A program made the translations under genes and the position numbers. Of a DNA stretch of 64,000 nucleotides, positions 13,166-27,300 are shown in pieces (the first letter of the stretch is position 1; every line of letters starts with the position of its first letter). A model generated the notes under the pieces. The model worked only from the letters and a program-made list of their open reading frames with translations. It searched no databases and had not been told where the DNA came from. This DNA is from Hormiphora californensis (Eukaryota > Animalia > Ctenophora), in assembly GCA_020137815.1 (NCBI GenBank), contig CM035357.1, forward strand, positions 3,596,001 through 3,660,000, in the 5' to 3' direction.

Positions 13166-16100
13166 GGTTACCAGATGACCTATACTCATGTGGCTCACTG
13201 ATGGGTGATGGCCGATACTGTCTCGACTACAGCGGTCAACAGTTAAAAGAGCCACCTTCAGGAACTAACCTGACCGCAATACTGTGAGTAACAGAACGGT
13301 AACCATGGTAACACTAACTGTAAGGAACGGTAACCGAGGTAACAGTACTACAGTGTACAGATCGGTAACCAAGTTAACTATAGAGTATAGAGAATGGTTA
13401 CCATGGTAACTAACTGTGTGATTCAACCGTTAGTTACTGACCGTATAATATCCCATTCTCTCTGCAGGGATTTATCCAGTAACAGTATTCCCTTGATAAC
13501 AAAGGAAATGCTGATGGATCACCAGCTGTTGATAAGGTTGAACCTCTCACACAACGAGATAACGGTGTTGGATGGGGCTGCGTTGTGGCAGCTTGGCTCC
13601 TTGAAAGAGGTTTGGTTTTATGATTTACAGCTTGCTCGAAACCCCTGTCAGGCCAATGCTCTGATCACGGTTCTCGCGCTCCTTATTTGAAAGAAATGAG
13701 AATAGGGTCAGACCAATCATGCTCTGACAGACTTTTGATGAGGTTTCATAACTTCTTTGAAGAAGGTTGTGCATGTCTTCAATTTGAATCAAAGCCAATT
13801 ACTGATACCTCGACCATTTATACCTAATTTAGTTGGTTTAAAATCACACTTCACTGATTTCTTTGATGACATTCAATTTATTTCAGGTTTACCTGGGGAA
13901 CAATAAATATACATGCGATACGAGAATATGCTCCTTCCGGTCCTGGCTTGACACGTAAGTGACTCGTTACAAGGCTACTGCTGTGGTAGTGGGAATACGG
14001 TATCTTAGGGTCACCACACACCAAAGTTAAAATTAAAATTTTGATTTTAAAGCCGCACACACCAGCGACCGTTAAAATTTCTCTCCCCATTCTAAAAGTA
14101 ACAATCTCACGCACGATTTTGACGGCGTGTTAAAATTTTGTCATCCAACGCGACCGTCAAAATCGTGCGTGAGATTGTTACTTTTAGAATGGGGAGAGAA
14201 ATTTTTACGGCCGCTGGTGTGTGCGGGTTTAAAATCAAAATTTTAATTTTAATTTTAACTTTGGTGTGTGGTGACCCTATGGCGGAAAACAGCCGTACTG
14301 AACTGAACTCCAGTTCGACGGCTACTTACTGAGAAAAATACTTTGGAAATTCGGCACCCTTTTTGGGTATTTACTGAACCCGACCTTTGAAAACATCGCG
14401 CCTTGATCAGTTCTCCCCCGTTCACAAATTGGGGAACGGGAAAAATCTGGGTTCTCGAGTACCGAGTAAAAAACTGGGGTTCTTCCATTTTTTAACAGGG
14501 GATTGGGGGGAAAAAAATGTTGGGAAACGTGAAAAGTGAGAATAAATGAGGGTTTAAAAAGGGAGAAAGAGAGAGGGGAGAGGGGAGAGAGAGAGAAGAG
14601 AGAAAGAGAGAGAGAGTGGGGAGAGAGTGAGGAGAAGAAAAGGGGATAGCGAAGGTTGAAGGGGTGGGGGGGGGTTTTTTGGGGTTGGGGTTTTTGGGTT
14701 TTTGGGGGGTTTAAAAGAAGAGAGTGACATCGGAAAAAAAATGTGCTGTAGATAAGGTATGTTTAAGTAAACGGGATTTTTAAAAAGTACAAAAAATAGA
14801 GAGCGAGATTTAGAAAAGGGGGTTAAAAAAGAGGGGGAGAGAAAGCGATAGGAAAAGGGCGAGAAAGCGAAGGGGAGTAGAGAGAGGAGAGGAGCGAGAG
14901 AGAGAGAGAGGGGGAGAGGAAAAGAAAAGGGGGGAAGGGGGGAAAAGGAAGAGGGGAGGAGAAGGAGAAAAAAAGAGAAAATTTTTGGAGAGAGAGGGAA
15001 AACAGCCGTACTGAACCGAACTCCAGTTCGCAATACTAAAAGGAAAATGTTCAGTTCTTTTGAGGTGAGACAGAACCCGTACTGACTAAATCGAGTTACG
15101 GTATTTCATACAATCACTTAAAGCAAATGCAGTACGAAGACTTAACTCGCGCTAATTCCCTCACTTAGAACGAGAAAAGGGATAGAGTCAGTAGTTCTGA
15201 GATTAGTTAAGATAGGAGGAAGAGAAGGAAGGAGAGATAAGATAAGAGAGAGAGAGAGAGGGAGAGAGGAGAGAGAGAGAGAGAGAAGAAGAGAAGAGAG
15301 AGAGAGGAGAAGAGAGATAGAGAGAGCTTTACCCTCGACTCGGCTCTTCATCGATTCTCTCCCCGTCCCTTTCTTAGTCTCTAGGTACTCTATGTCTGTG
15401 ATGTTTTTTAAAATTCGAATCTTAAACATACCAAAGAAAAAGCAGGAACGTGAAGAAAAAAAGATAGCGAAGAGTAGAGAAGGAGAGAGAGCAGAGATAG
15501 AGAGAGAGAGACGAAAGCGATAGAAAAATGAAGAGTCCGATCCATACTTGATGCGGAGAAGCAGATTCAAAGAGGACGGAGAGTGATTTTCCCCTCCACC
15601 GCTCTAGTCTGTGTTTTTGATTTCACTAGCAAAGAAATCTCTCATAGGTCGGGTTGACACAGTGAATTCGCTGTTCAATTCAACTGGAAAACTAAAGTTC
15701 GAAGTTCGAAGTTTCGCGAAACCCCATTTCGGCTGAGAAATCATTTGTAAGATGCTAACTTATTACTGGTACATCTCTCGAGGTGTCCTTTATCCATACT
15801 GAGTCAATTTCACCGTTTTTGAAATTTTTGACTAATCCGGTCACAATTTTCCCAATTCACCAAAAATTTCACAGTGAAAATTTCACTGAAATTGACCCGG
15901 TATTGATAAAAGACACCTCGAGAGATGTACCAGTAAATAAACTAGCATCTTACAAATAATTTATCAGCCGAAAATGGGTTTTCGCGAAACTTTGAATTTT
16001 TCCGCGAAACTTCGAACTTCGAACTTCAGTGTGTGTCGCGAGGTTGAGAGTTGAACGCGCGCGACCAACTTCAGTGTGTCTCCCCACACAGCTTTATTTT

Positions 16101-16992
16101 CAGATAACCGAACTAACTTAACGGGATAGGGTTCGAGATAAATACAGGTAATTGATTGAGGTGATTGCTGTTTGTGCTTCAAGTGCGCCTGTTTGTGCTG
16201 TCTGTTTATAGGTGTTTATTGTTTAATTAAATGTATAATTAAAGCCCGATGCTAAAATACACACATGCCACTGCTACTAAGACTGTGTCGCCGCCGGGGT
16301 CCGATAAATCCAAATTATACGTGTTATATGTATTCGTTTATTCATTTTCTATCCCCCATGAAAAGAGTCCCCAATCAAATTTGTGTTTAGCACAGCGTGA
16401 TCTGCATTGACCAATCACAGCTCAGAACAGGCACGTGATTTGATCTGATCTGCGTTCTGAGCTGTGATTGGTCAAATCTTTAATGCAGGTCTTGCAGTGC
16501 CAAACAAAGCTTTATCAGGGACTCCTCTTTGGTGACATAGACACCTGGCGCGACCCCCGCTCAATCTCGGTCGCGTCAGGTGTCTATGTCACTGCAAGAC
16601 TCCTCTGTTGCGCTGACCACAGTTTCGCGAGCTCTCCGCGGAGCAGGGAAAAAAGAGCGGCTGCTGCAGGTGTGCAACGATCAGCTCTGACCGCCATTCC
16701 TATCCTTTCAGGAACGGTTTTTCTAATCTGGATTGTCGTCCCAATCCTGATAACGCTCCTCACTGCGATTTACATTGTTCTTAATGGGGACAACCATCTG
16801 GGACGAATCGTCCGACGGGGCTGTGTCACATTCTGGCAAAGACTCTGCTTCCACAGGAGGGATCGGGACGAGTTTAACCATGATGAGGGTGATCAGAGAA
16901 GGAGATCAGTGGGAGCAGGATCAGGGGCTGCTGCTGGGGAGCCACTGAGGGTGGAGGATGTCCTACCGGGACCTTCAACCACCACCTTGTAG
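13166..16992 (+). CDS. Small single-pass LRR membrane protein (LRRNT-like, 2-3 LRRs, LRRCT, TM); first exon and one small internal exon not located
   Basis: Exons 13166-13283, 13468-13609 (LDLSSNSI...LNLSHNEITVLD), 13887-13954 (VYLGNNKYTCDTRICSFRSWL, LRRCT start) and 16489-16992 (CQTKLYQGLLF; TM VFLIWIVVPILITLLTAIYIVL). The phase mismatch before the last exon spans a low-quality region. Confidence 0.75.
14008..14277. mobile_element. Foldback MITE (GGGTCACCACACACC termini)
   Basis: Near-perfect palindrome with ~120-bp arms, flanked by TA on both sides. Confidence 0.75.
15690..16086. mobile_element. Harbinger-like palindromic MITE (GGGGAGACACACTGAAGTT family), left end degraded
   Basis: Inverted arms; same family as 33841-35537. 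Confidence 0.7.
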
Positions 16993-17358
16993 CAGTGGCA
17001 TGTGTATTTGGGCCGGCACATATCATGATGTGTGTGTGTGTGTGTGTTTTTGAACTGAAAGTTTTAGAGTGTTTCCTAGCGTGATGATTGTGTCTCCAGT
17101 GTGTTGTCTTGTAGATTATAGGATTGGAATATTCAGAGTATAAAATCTAGGTATCAAACAAAATTAAACGCTTTGTATGATATCTAGGTTTATTTAATTG
17201 CCAGTTTACTAAACCAGAGTCCAGAGTGAAAGTTAACACACTAATTAAATTTAAACCTCGATCTAACAGACTCCTCAGTGGAAGGGTTTCAGGCAAATCG
17301 AGGTCCAGTAAATCGAGATTTGACTGTAGGCCCTAAAATATATTGTACCTAGACTCTA

Positions 17359-18514
17359 CTGGGGCTCTTCGACGAAACTTTAAGCACACTTAATAAATAA
17401 GCTCTCTTTAGAGTTACACAAGGAAAATTTTTCAGACTTGTCTCGAGAGGGGTGTCGTCGAACGCTTTCCAAAACCTCACTTTAGGTCCTTGGTGTGAAC
17501 CACGTGTATACCACGTGAAGCCCCGGATCACCCCTCGTGTATGGGTGTAGAAAACCAATCAGGGGATCGAAACTGGACACGTGATAGGATTTCCATTACA
17601 TGGGTTTACACAGGCGTCAATTTGGTCACGTGTAGGGTTCACCAGCCAATAGTGTTAGCGAGATATCACACCAGATTGGGGGTGAAGAAGAAGTTTGACT
17701 TCCATTTCTCAAGATTCAAGAAATTTCAAATCTTCAAAACTCTGTGTACTCTTACAGTAGCTGGCAATGAATGTTATAGCGGACAAATAGTCAATAGAGA
17801 TCTAACATTGATTGCTCATGCTCATTATGAAAAATCAATAAACCTATACACTTATAACTTGCAATATTATTTAGGCCGGGTGAGATGAATAGATAGGCTG
17901 CTAGATGAAGAGATAAACAGTGAAAGTATAGTAGTAGTTCACTGTTCATATTGTCCTGCCAGAAGGAAAACAACTGAATTCATCCACATCTCATCTGACT
18001 GTGAGAGTCTAATACAGATGGTTTATGCAGTATGGGCTTGGCTGAAACCCCAAACTAGTGCCTCAATATTGTGGTTGAGTAGAGATAGCTAACTGGGGGA
18101 CAAGGAGTGCCATTTTATCTTTTTTCTACATGCGAGAAGCAAAATATACACTGTTTTGTAGCATCTTTTACTTGCCAGCGCTGTCTTGTCTACCATTAAG
18201 TCTCCTCTGGAGGAGACTTAACAAACCTCACTTTTCTCGATATTTGAGTGAGATATTGCGTGAACTATGACGTCATTATCGCTTCAATTTGGCCCAAATC
18301 ACGTGATTTTACCACGTGATTAGCGGGGTTCGCAAGGTTTGGAGAGCTTGTGTAAAACTTCACTTACTACCCCTCAATTTTCACTAAGCAAGATTTCTAA
18401 AAAGTTTCGTCGACGCAAACCATGCTTAAGGGGTGTGAAAATCAATTAGAAGGTGTGAAAGGAGAGTTACGCAACGTTTTTAAGTGTGTTTAAAGTTTCG
18501 TCGAAGAGCCCCAG
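17359..18514. mobile_element. Non-autonomous DNA transposon
   Basis: ~35-bp TIR CTGGGGCTCTTCGACGAAACTTTAA(G/A)CACACTTAA. TSD not clear. Confidence 0.7.
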
Positions 18515-18942
18515 AGCCCTATAGAGAGTATTGAGTTCGATTTACAAATGTATTGTTTGTGTAATCGCTTTTTATATTTCCTGTTTAACTCCGAATTTAA
18601 CTGCCTTAAACTTATACAAAAACTCAGCTAGTAGTATAGTCTCAATTAATTTAATCCATTTCAGAGTCAATCGTGGGGTTTCTCTTCCTCTTTGGACTCG
18701 TGATTGTAATCTTGGGGATCGCAGCTCTCAAGGACCGGCTCTACAATAACGGACGTGTTGGTGTCCAACCGTGGTGGCTACAGGGAATTCGCTCACCCGC
18801 TATAGCGCGCTAGTGGGTAGTAGATCTAGATAGAGTACTATGACTATAATATAGAGCGGGAAATAGGGATATCTGCGGTTCGGGTTGTTACTAAATTATA
18901 GTTGCTGCTGCATGGGTTTATATATCATAGCACTGGCAAGTG

Positions 18943-20260
18943 CCCCGGGCCCAAAAGGGGGGTGTGGGGGCACAGCCCCCACCATAAACGGGGGTGTGGG
19001 GGCAGAGCCCCCACCTTAGAAATACCCTCTAGGCCTCTAACTCAAAAAAACAAAAGAGAGAGCACACGCAACACTTCTACACACTTAAGCGCGTGAAAAC
19101 CTGCCAGTGCTACTATATACCATTGCAGATTTCGGGGTTTTTGATGCTTTAAAAAAGCATGTTCCAGATGAAGTAGAGAGCTGAAATTTTGTACTCTGAG
19201 GGCCCTCATATAGGAGAAGAGGCATACAAATTTTCGGAACGATCGGATTGTAAGGTAAAAATTTGCCAGAGGGGTCCCAAAATGCAAAAATGTAAGGAGG
19301 GGGAGGGGAGGGGGAGGGGGAGGGGGAGGGGGAGGGGGAGGAGGACGCTTTTTTATCTTTGAGTGTTCTCCTAAACCACAAATAGTAGAGACTTGCCGTT
19401 TGGAACAGTGGTTCCTTACATCATTGCGCTCGGTAATAGCTGTGTGAGAACTTCGAAATCGCCATAGTTCATTAATTATTCATTATTTAGTCATTAAATA
19501 TTCATTTTAACTATGGTTGCGATATGACACGACATGAAGGTCATAAAGACTTAAAACCGGTCTAATTCGACGCGGAATGGTCGATTTATGGGGGGTCTTA
19601 CTCGGGACAAAAATCTCTAACTCGCACCGTTAAGCCGTTATTTGCATATTTATGCACCGATTCACGATTTTATGCATATTTTCAATATTTTCACTTCGGC
19701 TGGTCCTAGAACGTTTTCATGGACATATTTCGACGCAAAATAGTCGATTTATGGGGGGTCGTCCCCCGGACAAAAAGTCGTATCTCGCACCGTTAAGCCG
19801 TTATTTGCATATTTATGCACCAATTCATGATTTAATGCATATTCTGAATATTTCCATTTCGGCTGATCCTAGAACGTTTTCATAAACATATTTCGACGCA
19901 AAATAGCCGATTTATGGGGGGTCTTACTCGGGACAAAAATCTCTATCTGGCACCGTTAAGCCGTTATTTGCATATTATGTACCGATTCATGATTTAATGC
20001 ATATTCTTAATATTTCCACTTCGGCTGGTCCTAGAACGTTTTCATGGACATATTCCGGCGCAGAATAGTCGATTTATGGGGGGTCGTCCCCCTGACAAAA
20101 TATCGTATCTCTCACCATTTAGTCATTATTCGCATATTTATGAATTATTCAAATTCGAAAACATGCAGAAATCAGAAAAAATAGTTTTTCTATTTTACAC
20201 CAAAAAGAACAGAAATTTAGTCCAAAAACCAATTAAATAAATTAGTTTGGATGCCCGGGC
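18943..20260. mobile_element. Probable transposon remnant with internal ~160-bp tandem repeats (19560-20140)
   Basis: CCCGGGC-type ends; about 4 diverged units containing CGATTTATGGGGGGTC...CACCGTTAAGCCGTTATTTGCATA. Confidence 0.5.
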
Positions 20261-20533
20261 CCATGTGGTGTCACGGGGGTAACACCTTTAGGCTACTGTC
20301 ATAAATGATGGATATCGAGAGAGATTAAGGCAAAGGAAATTAGGATAGAAAGAGTGAGATATAATCAAGAAAGACGGAGAATGATAAATAAGAGGAGAGA
20401 GAGAAAAAGAGAGATATAGTGAAGATACAGTGATGAAGATGAAGAGAGAAGAGAGAGAGAAATAGTGTGAGAGAAAGAGAGAGAGAGAGAGAGAAGAGAG
20501 CGAGGAGAGGAGACGAGAGTGAGATAGTGAGAG

Positions 20534-20577
<44 letters not shown>

Positions 20578-20792
20578 AGTGAGAGAGAGATAAATAGAGA
20601 TAGAAAGATTGCAGGATAACAATTAACAATTAACGAGATATGCCGTTAATTATGGCAGTAGCCTAAAGGTGTTACCCCCGTGACACCACATGGGCCCGGG
20701 CATCCAAACTAATTTATTTAATTGGTTTTTGGACTAAATTTAATATACGGGTTTTGAACTTTATACTAAAGAATTAGTAAGTGTTTGATATA

Positions 20793-20964
20793 CAGTCGGA
20801 CCCCGATTTAGGGACACCCTCGGGGGAAAGGCTCTTGTCCACTAAATCGGGGTGTCCACTAAATCGGGGTCAAGTAAGGTTAATTTCCTATATCGGGGAA
20901 AAAAAATCCTGTCCCTAAATCGGGGTGCCACTAAATCGGGGGCCCCTAAATCGGGGTCCGACTG
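20793..20964. mobile_element. Tc1/mariner/pogo-type MITE, CAGTCGGACCCCG family
   Basis: TA TSD and perfect TIR CAGTCGGACCCCGATTTAGGG. Confidence 0.85.
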
Positions 20965-21386
20965 TACAACAAATAGAAACACGTTAGTTTACAAACAAAT
21001 GTTTCGATCTTGCGATCTCATCTGCTCTCGGTTCCACGCCGATAGAGCTCTCTTGTGGCCTACTGAAACAACCATATTAAGTGTTTGATATATTTAATTT
21101 AGAAGATATTTTTCCAAGGAAACTCTTTAGTCTATATTAGATAGATGGAATATTGATTTAGCGATAGAAAGACACTTTTTGGAATCAGAGTGAAGAACGT
21201 GTTTTTGTAGTATATTGTTATTACCTACGTAACTTTTTTAACATTGTTCCAAAAATAACGTTGTTTTCTGGGCTGATAAACTCACAAAATAATTTCAAGT
21301 TATCTCTTTCAAATCACAGATTTGTAAATATTCATGTCCCCTGCATGATAATACAGTCCTTTCACACTAAAATCAAGATATGGATA

Positions 21387-24300
21387 TCAAGATATGGATC
21401 GCTCATAACTAATCGAGGGAAGGACTGGGTGAACCCTTTGGAGGCCCAAATACCCTTTTAAGAAAGTCCACAGGGCTCTCTGTTTGTTGGGGCTGGGCTG
21501 GTGCCGTTCTTGGTAGCGGTGAGGGTACTGATTGGGGGGTCTCCGGTCCTGACTCCGGGGGAGTTGCAAAGGAGTCTGAAATAAAGGTCGTGTGTGTAAA
21601 TTAAGATATAAGAATCGAATTAAAGAAAGTATATTGGATTTATTTTCGATGCTAGGACCCGGTTGAGGATACAAAATAAACACATCTCAATGCTCTGACC
21701 ACAGTTCTCGCGAAATGAGAATATAGGGTCAGGCCAATGCTCAGACAGCAAGTACCTGATTCAGGTGGGGATATCTCTTTCCGTTCCACTGGAACGCTCG
21801 TGGGAGTGCTACTCTCAGAACCACTGGAGATTCTTAGGGGGTGTAGGATATCATAGACAGGCATGATAGGGCGTTTCGGGGATGGAGAGCGGCGTACTGG
21901 TGGTGCTGGGGGCAAATAAGGTGACACAGCTTTTGGAGGAGATGCAGAACCTTGTCCTGGACGTTGCTCAAATCTCTGAGGGTGGTATTAGTTTTGTTAA
22001 TCATGGGTGTGGACAAATATCCTGTTGGCACATAAAACGGTACAGGGTGGGGAATAATTCTTGTTACCTCCAGAGCCGCAGAAAGATTCTGTAAATGTTG
22101 AGCAAAGGAAGCCCTGTCTTGTTCAGGTGTATAAACCGTCTTGGCATCAACAGCCCCGTACTTCCTCTCGTACTCCGTCATTATTCGGTTGAGACCGAGG
22201 TTGCTTCCCTGCCGTTGAAGAACACGATTGAGAGCAGCTGCTTTTTCGGGGTGGTCTGGTGAGGGTACTCGTAGTGAGTGAGTTAACTTTTTTTTTTTTA
22301 ATAGAAAAAAAATTTTTGGGTAAATTTTGACAAGGAAGCCCGTTTTGGGTTAACTTTTGGAAAAGCCCCTCCCCTTTTTTTTTCCCCCCCATTTTTGTGG
22401 CCAAAATTGTTCCCTGGGTTGAAAAACCCAAAAATTAAGGCAGCCCTTTTGCGAGTTGGTTTTAGGGGAGAATGTTTTTATCAAATTTTGGTGATTTGTA
22501 ACGTGGACTAAGGATGGGGTTCTCCGTGAAACCTGCAAATATTTTAAAATTCAAGGTTGTGTTTTCCCTGGTTTTGGGCTTGCCTGAAGTTAAAATGGGG
22601 ATTGGGGGCGTTTGAGGTTCGCCTGATTTAGGGGGTTTCGGTTTTTGTGATTTTTGGGATTGTTGAGGGTAGACGCGGTTTCGGAAATGGATCATAAGCG
22701 GAAAGGGGGGAAAAGGAAATGGGGGCGAAAGGTTGCGGGATTAGGGATCGAGCCGTTAGTCCGAAGGGGTTTCCACCTCTTGGGGGGGAAAAGGGGGGGT
22801 GCAGCGTAAGGTGAGAGTTTTTTTTTTAAGTGGCCTAGGGGAGGTAAGAACCCTTTTGCCCTTGTCAATGGGTTAAGGTGGGGGGGTGGACAAGTTTTAG
22901 GGGGGGCGTAATGTGAAATCGCAGATTCAAAACATTTTTGGGGCCGTCACCGCGGGGATGACTGGGGAAAGGAACCGCCGCATAAACGGGGACCCTATTC
23001 CTTGGCAATCCCTCCCGGCAGGTCCTGTGGACAGGGGGTCCCGTTGGGTAAATGGCCTGGGAAAAACCTTTTTTTAAATTGTTTTTTCCGTCTTTTTTAA
23101 ATTGGGGCATTTCAGTCAGGCAGTTTTTGGTAAATTGGGGGATTAGTGGATTAAAGTTTTTAAGGTAATTAAAAGGGTTTGGGATTTCAAGTACCTGAAT
23201 TGAATGGTTCGCTAATCCCTCAGGTAATCCACCTCCTCAAAAATAAAAAATGAGTTCCTTCTGCGGATGCTTGATTAATGGATTATTTTCTTTAATTTTG
23301 ATTTGGTGTATCTTAGGAATTATCTCGGGGGGCCTGTAGACTTGGGAGGTTTTTTTTCGGCCCATACGCGGACAGGGGAAGTTGAAGTTGCTCCCAAAAA
23401 AATTATTTTAATCCCAGTTGTTTTTTTTTTCTGAGCGGGCGATCACCAATGGTTTACTCCTTGAGAGGAAATTGTCTTTATGAGTTTGTTGCATTCCTTT
23501 CATACCATTAGAAATCTTTAAAGGGATCCCCCCAAATTATGCAAGAATTTATTGAAGATTGAATTATGGGTTACTGGAACAGGTAGGCTCTGACAGAGAG
23601 GAAGAAGGGCAGACATTGGTGGACTTGGGTAAAAGGTTTCTGGAAAAGAAGTAATATTCATGGTAAAACCAAAGAAAATGGAACTTTAAATCCTGAAAAA
23701 AGAAACGTTACGGGATCATACGGAGCTTTACACTACAAGTGCAACTTGTTACACTGTAGGATTCCTGGCGATTTATCGCCGTATCCGCATCTGGAATAGT
23801 TATGTGTTGTGGAAAGAAATCCCAAAAATCAGAAATAATCCCTCATATATCTAACACATGCCAATTCAATTCACATTTTAATCCCTCATATCAAATCATA
23901 GGCGAGGATTGAAAGGATCTGTCAGGCCAATATGCTCTGACAGGAAAGGATCAGAATCAAAGGAGAATCGAAGGAACATTGAAGGCTTGTACCTACCTAG
24001 GATACAACAGCCACATGTGAAACATTCGAGGGAACAGTTCCTGTCGCACCGGAGCCAGAAAAATATAATGTCATCATCGTCAATCACCTAAAAAGGAATC
24101 TGGTATTTGACTGTCATCCTCTTAGTAACATGACCGGACAGAAATATCCCCCCAGTATCCCGGTAAATCGGGATCCAACGTTGAAGGGAACCATGTAAAC
24201 TTACCCAGGAGTAAAAAGTAAAGCTACTGAAGAAAAAGTAGCTGAGAGAAAATACAAACTGGTGAACCAACTTCCAATCCCTGAGAGAAAGACATTAGCA

Positions 24301-27300
24301 ATTACTTGAGGGTGCTCCTTCATATCATAAAATACTACTTCAATTGCTCCTTCATAAAACAAAATACTACATCAATTGCTCCTTTATAAACTTACTCATT
24401 AGACTCTTTGTCATAGTCGGAGAAGCATGCCGTGATGGATGTAGTTGTGAAGAGAAGGCAAATAAAAAGAGTGTGTCGTAACCAGCACACTTCACTCCCT
24501 GAAACAGCATGGAAATTCAGATCCCTGAAAAACAACACATGGAAATTCAGCTCTAAATGTGTGTTACTAATGAGTTGTAATGTGTGTTACTAATGAGTTG
24601 AACACTTGAAGATCTTCAGATCACTTATTCATTGGTTGGAGCATTGGTCTAAGACGTAAAGAGGTCCCATTTTCTGATTTGTACCCATATTGTTTATTCA
24701 ACAGAACTTCAACTATACCTACTTTGCTAAGCCTGAAGCCAACGTTATACTTAGATTGGCCAATGATCTAGCCCGGCCCACTAATAATAGTATATTTACA
24801 CCATCATAGTTGTAAGTATAACTCTAATTCACAATGTTGACAGACACAATCTTGTCGAATTAAATCGTGAATTACAGTTATTCACGATGTAATTTGACAG
24901 CAGCTTGTTTGTTTGTGATTGCTGCGTCTGGAGGATAACCTGCCCGAAAGAAGTTGAGGCTGCACCGAATGCGCTTATTAGGCGCCCCAGCACGTCAACC
25001 ACTCCGCCGTACCAAGGCCACCCACCAATCAGTTTATACATCAACTTGCTGTCAGAGCATTGATCTGACCCTACTCTGAACTCTCATTTCTCTCAAATAA
25101 TCGAAGCGGGCGAGAACTGTGGTCAGATCATTTGCCTGACAGCACCAACTAGCTTTTCTAGTTGTACCTTTGTTGGGCTTGCAGGATAGTAATCGAGAGA
25201 GTTTGAAGGTCCGGGCCAGATTGAAACACAGTATCAGTGTCACCACAAACAGGGCAATATTAGGGAACACCCAGGTGCTCCAGGAGAGAATGGGGTTTAC
25301 CCAACATACTGTAGATTTACTCATGTCGTAGAACCTGAGAGGAGTTGTGAGTTGTATAGGAAGTGGTGAGATGATCATCAAAGGCATCACCAGTAAAGTT
25401 TGGTGAAACTTCATTATCAGCTGCCAGTGCGATGAATGAATGAACGAATGATACCCATGCAATGGGTGGGGGTCTACAAAGTCTGTGTATAATTCCTCTC
25501 TACTAAAATTCAGTTCGTATAGTTCTACTATTTGTATAGTGATGCATCATTGAATTGTAAATTACACTGTTTACACTTTACAGAATCACACCCCTACCCC
25601 TATAATTCTTCAGTCTTGTCTTGTGATCCCTATACACGAGAGTTGGTACTATTGCTACCTCTCTGCTTCGCCTCGATCTCGCTCGCACTAGGTGTCAATG
25701 ACACCAAACACGATAGTTCATGCAGTAGTGTAATCCAGCTTACTGGAGCTATAGCTCCAGTAAGCTGGATTACACTAATGCATCCCTCCACCACCTCTCA
25801 ACGAAGAGTACCCGCTTCTCCAGGCTCTTGTGAGGTGTGGACTGTGGCATATCAGGGATACAGCTGAGAGTGTACACTAGGGTGTGCTATTTTTCCCAAC
25901 TCATAAATCAAATCCAAATTTCACATAGGTTACCCCTAGAATGAGTTCCTACGATCATTCTAAAACATTTGGTAAAAAAATTTTAGTCCTACCCTGGCCC
26001 AATTACGTGGGCCGATGTATGCCCATATATGGGCATATTCATATCAAAAAAATGTTTTTTTGGGGTGTTATTTCGAAAAAAACCACACATATGAATCGCC
26101 TCATGAGACTCAGTAACAACCATTTTTTCCAGTCTGCAACCTTCAGAACTCCATTTTTAATGAAAATTTTTTTTGTTTCTTTCTCTTTTTTTCTTGGCAA
26201 CATTTTCCTACTTTGCAGTATTGTGGAGACGAATTTTAACTTTTTAAGATTTTATTTGTCAGAATGCAAAATTCCGGTTGTAACCGACTAATTTTGATCT
26301 GCTTGACACGATCCCGTTCATGAAAAAGCTCTCAAAATAGAAGAAAAATACCAAAATGAAATTTTTAGTCAAAAATGAACATTTTTGGTCCAAAATTGAA
26401 CATTTTTTGGTCCAAAATGACATTTTCCAGGTCAAAAATGACTTTGGCTAACTTTCACATATCCATCCATCTTATCGGTATCAAACCGCTGAACACGACC
26501 CTTTTTCTATAAAAGTTTGATAAAAGAACATGCCAAACCCTGGTGGGAAAACACCATAATTACCTTTTTTCGGTAAAAAAGAAAAATTTTTAATCGCCGG
26601 CCCACGAATTGACATCACTACCCCAACCTTCCTTCAGGATTAGTAGACAAATTTTCCATAATTTCATATCTACCCTTAACTTATTGGCCAAGTCGACAAA
26701 ATTTTCACTTAGCACACCCTGGTGTACACTGACTGATGTACTTTGATGCACTAGTGATGACAGTGTCGTGTCGAAAGAGAGGGAGAGAGGGAAGGAGAGA
26801 GGGAGAGAGGTAACTCGACATGAATAGAGTTCAGCTTTCTCTGCAGTACACTGTGCCTTGAAATATTGAAATTGTATAACCCGGATTTTGTCCTTGCCAA
26901 ATGAATATTGCATGTTTTTCATGATGGTATTGCAGGCGCCTCGTTGCTCCAAGGATCCGTAGGTTTGTGAATAAGTAAACGCCCAGTGAAGCTCATAGAA
27001 GAGAGCTGCACATGGTCCACGATCCTTTGTCTTTCTGCCATTGTGTAGCTTTTCTGCAATCTTCCCTTCACTTTTCCATGTCTCTCACTTGGTGTATCTT
27101 TCCACGTGCCGAAAACGGAAGCTAGTCGATTACCGGAGAGAGAAGAGAAAGAGAGCTAGGCCAAGAAACCGTTAGAGCAGCAGAGAGCGAGCGGAGAAGA
27201 GCGAGCGAGCGAAGAGCGAAGAGCGCGAGAGAATAGATATAGAGAGACTAGGCGCGGAAGCAGATCAGGCGCGCGCGATCGCGAAGCTAATCTATCTCTC

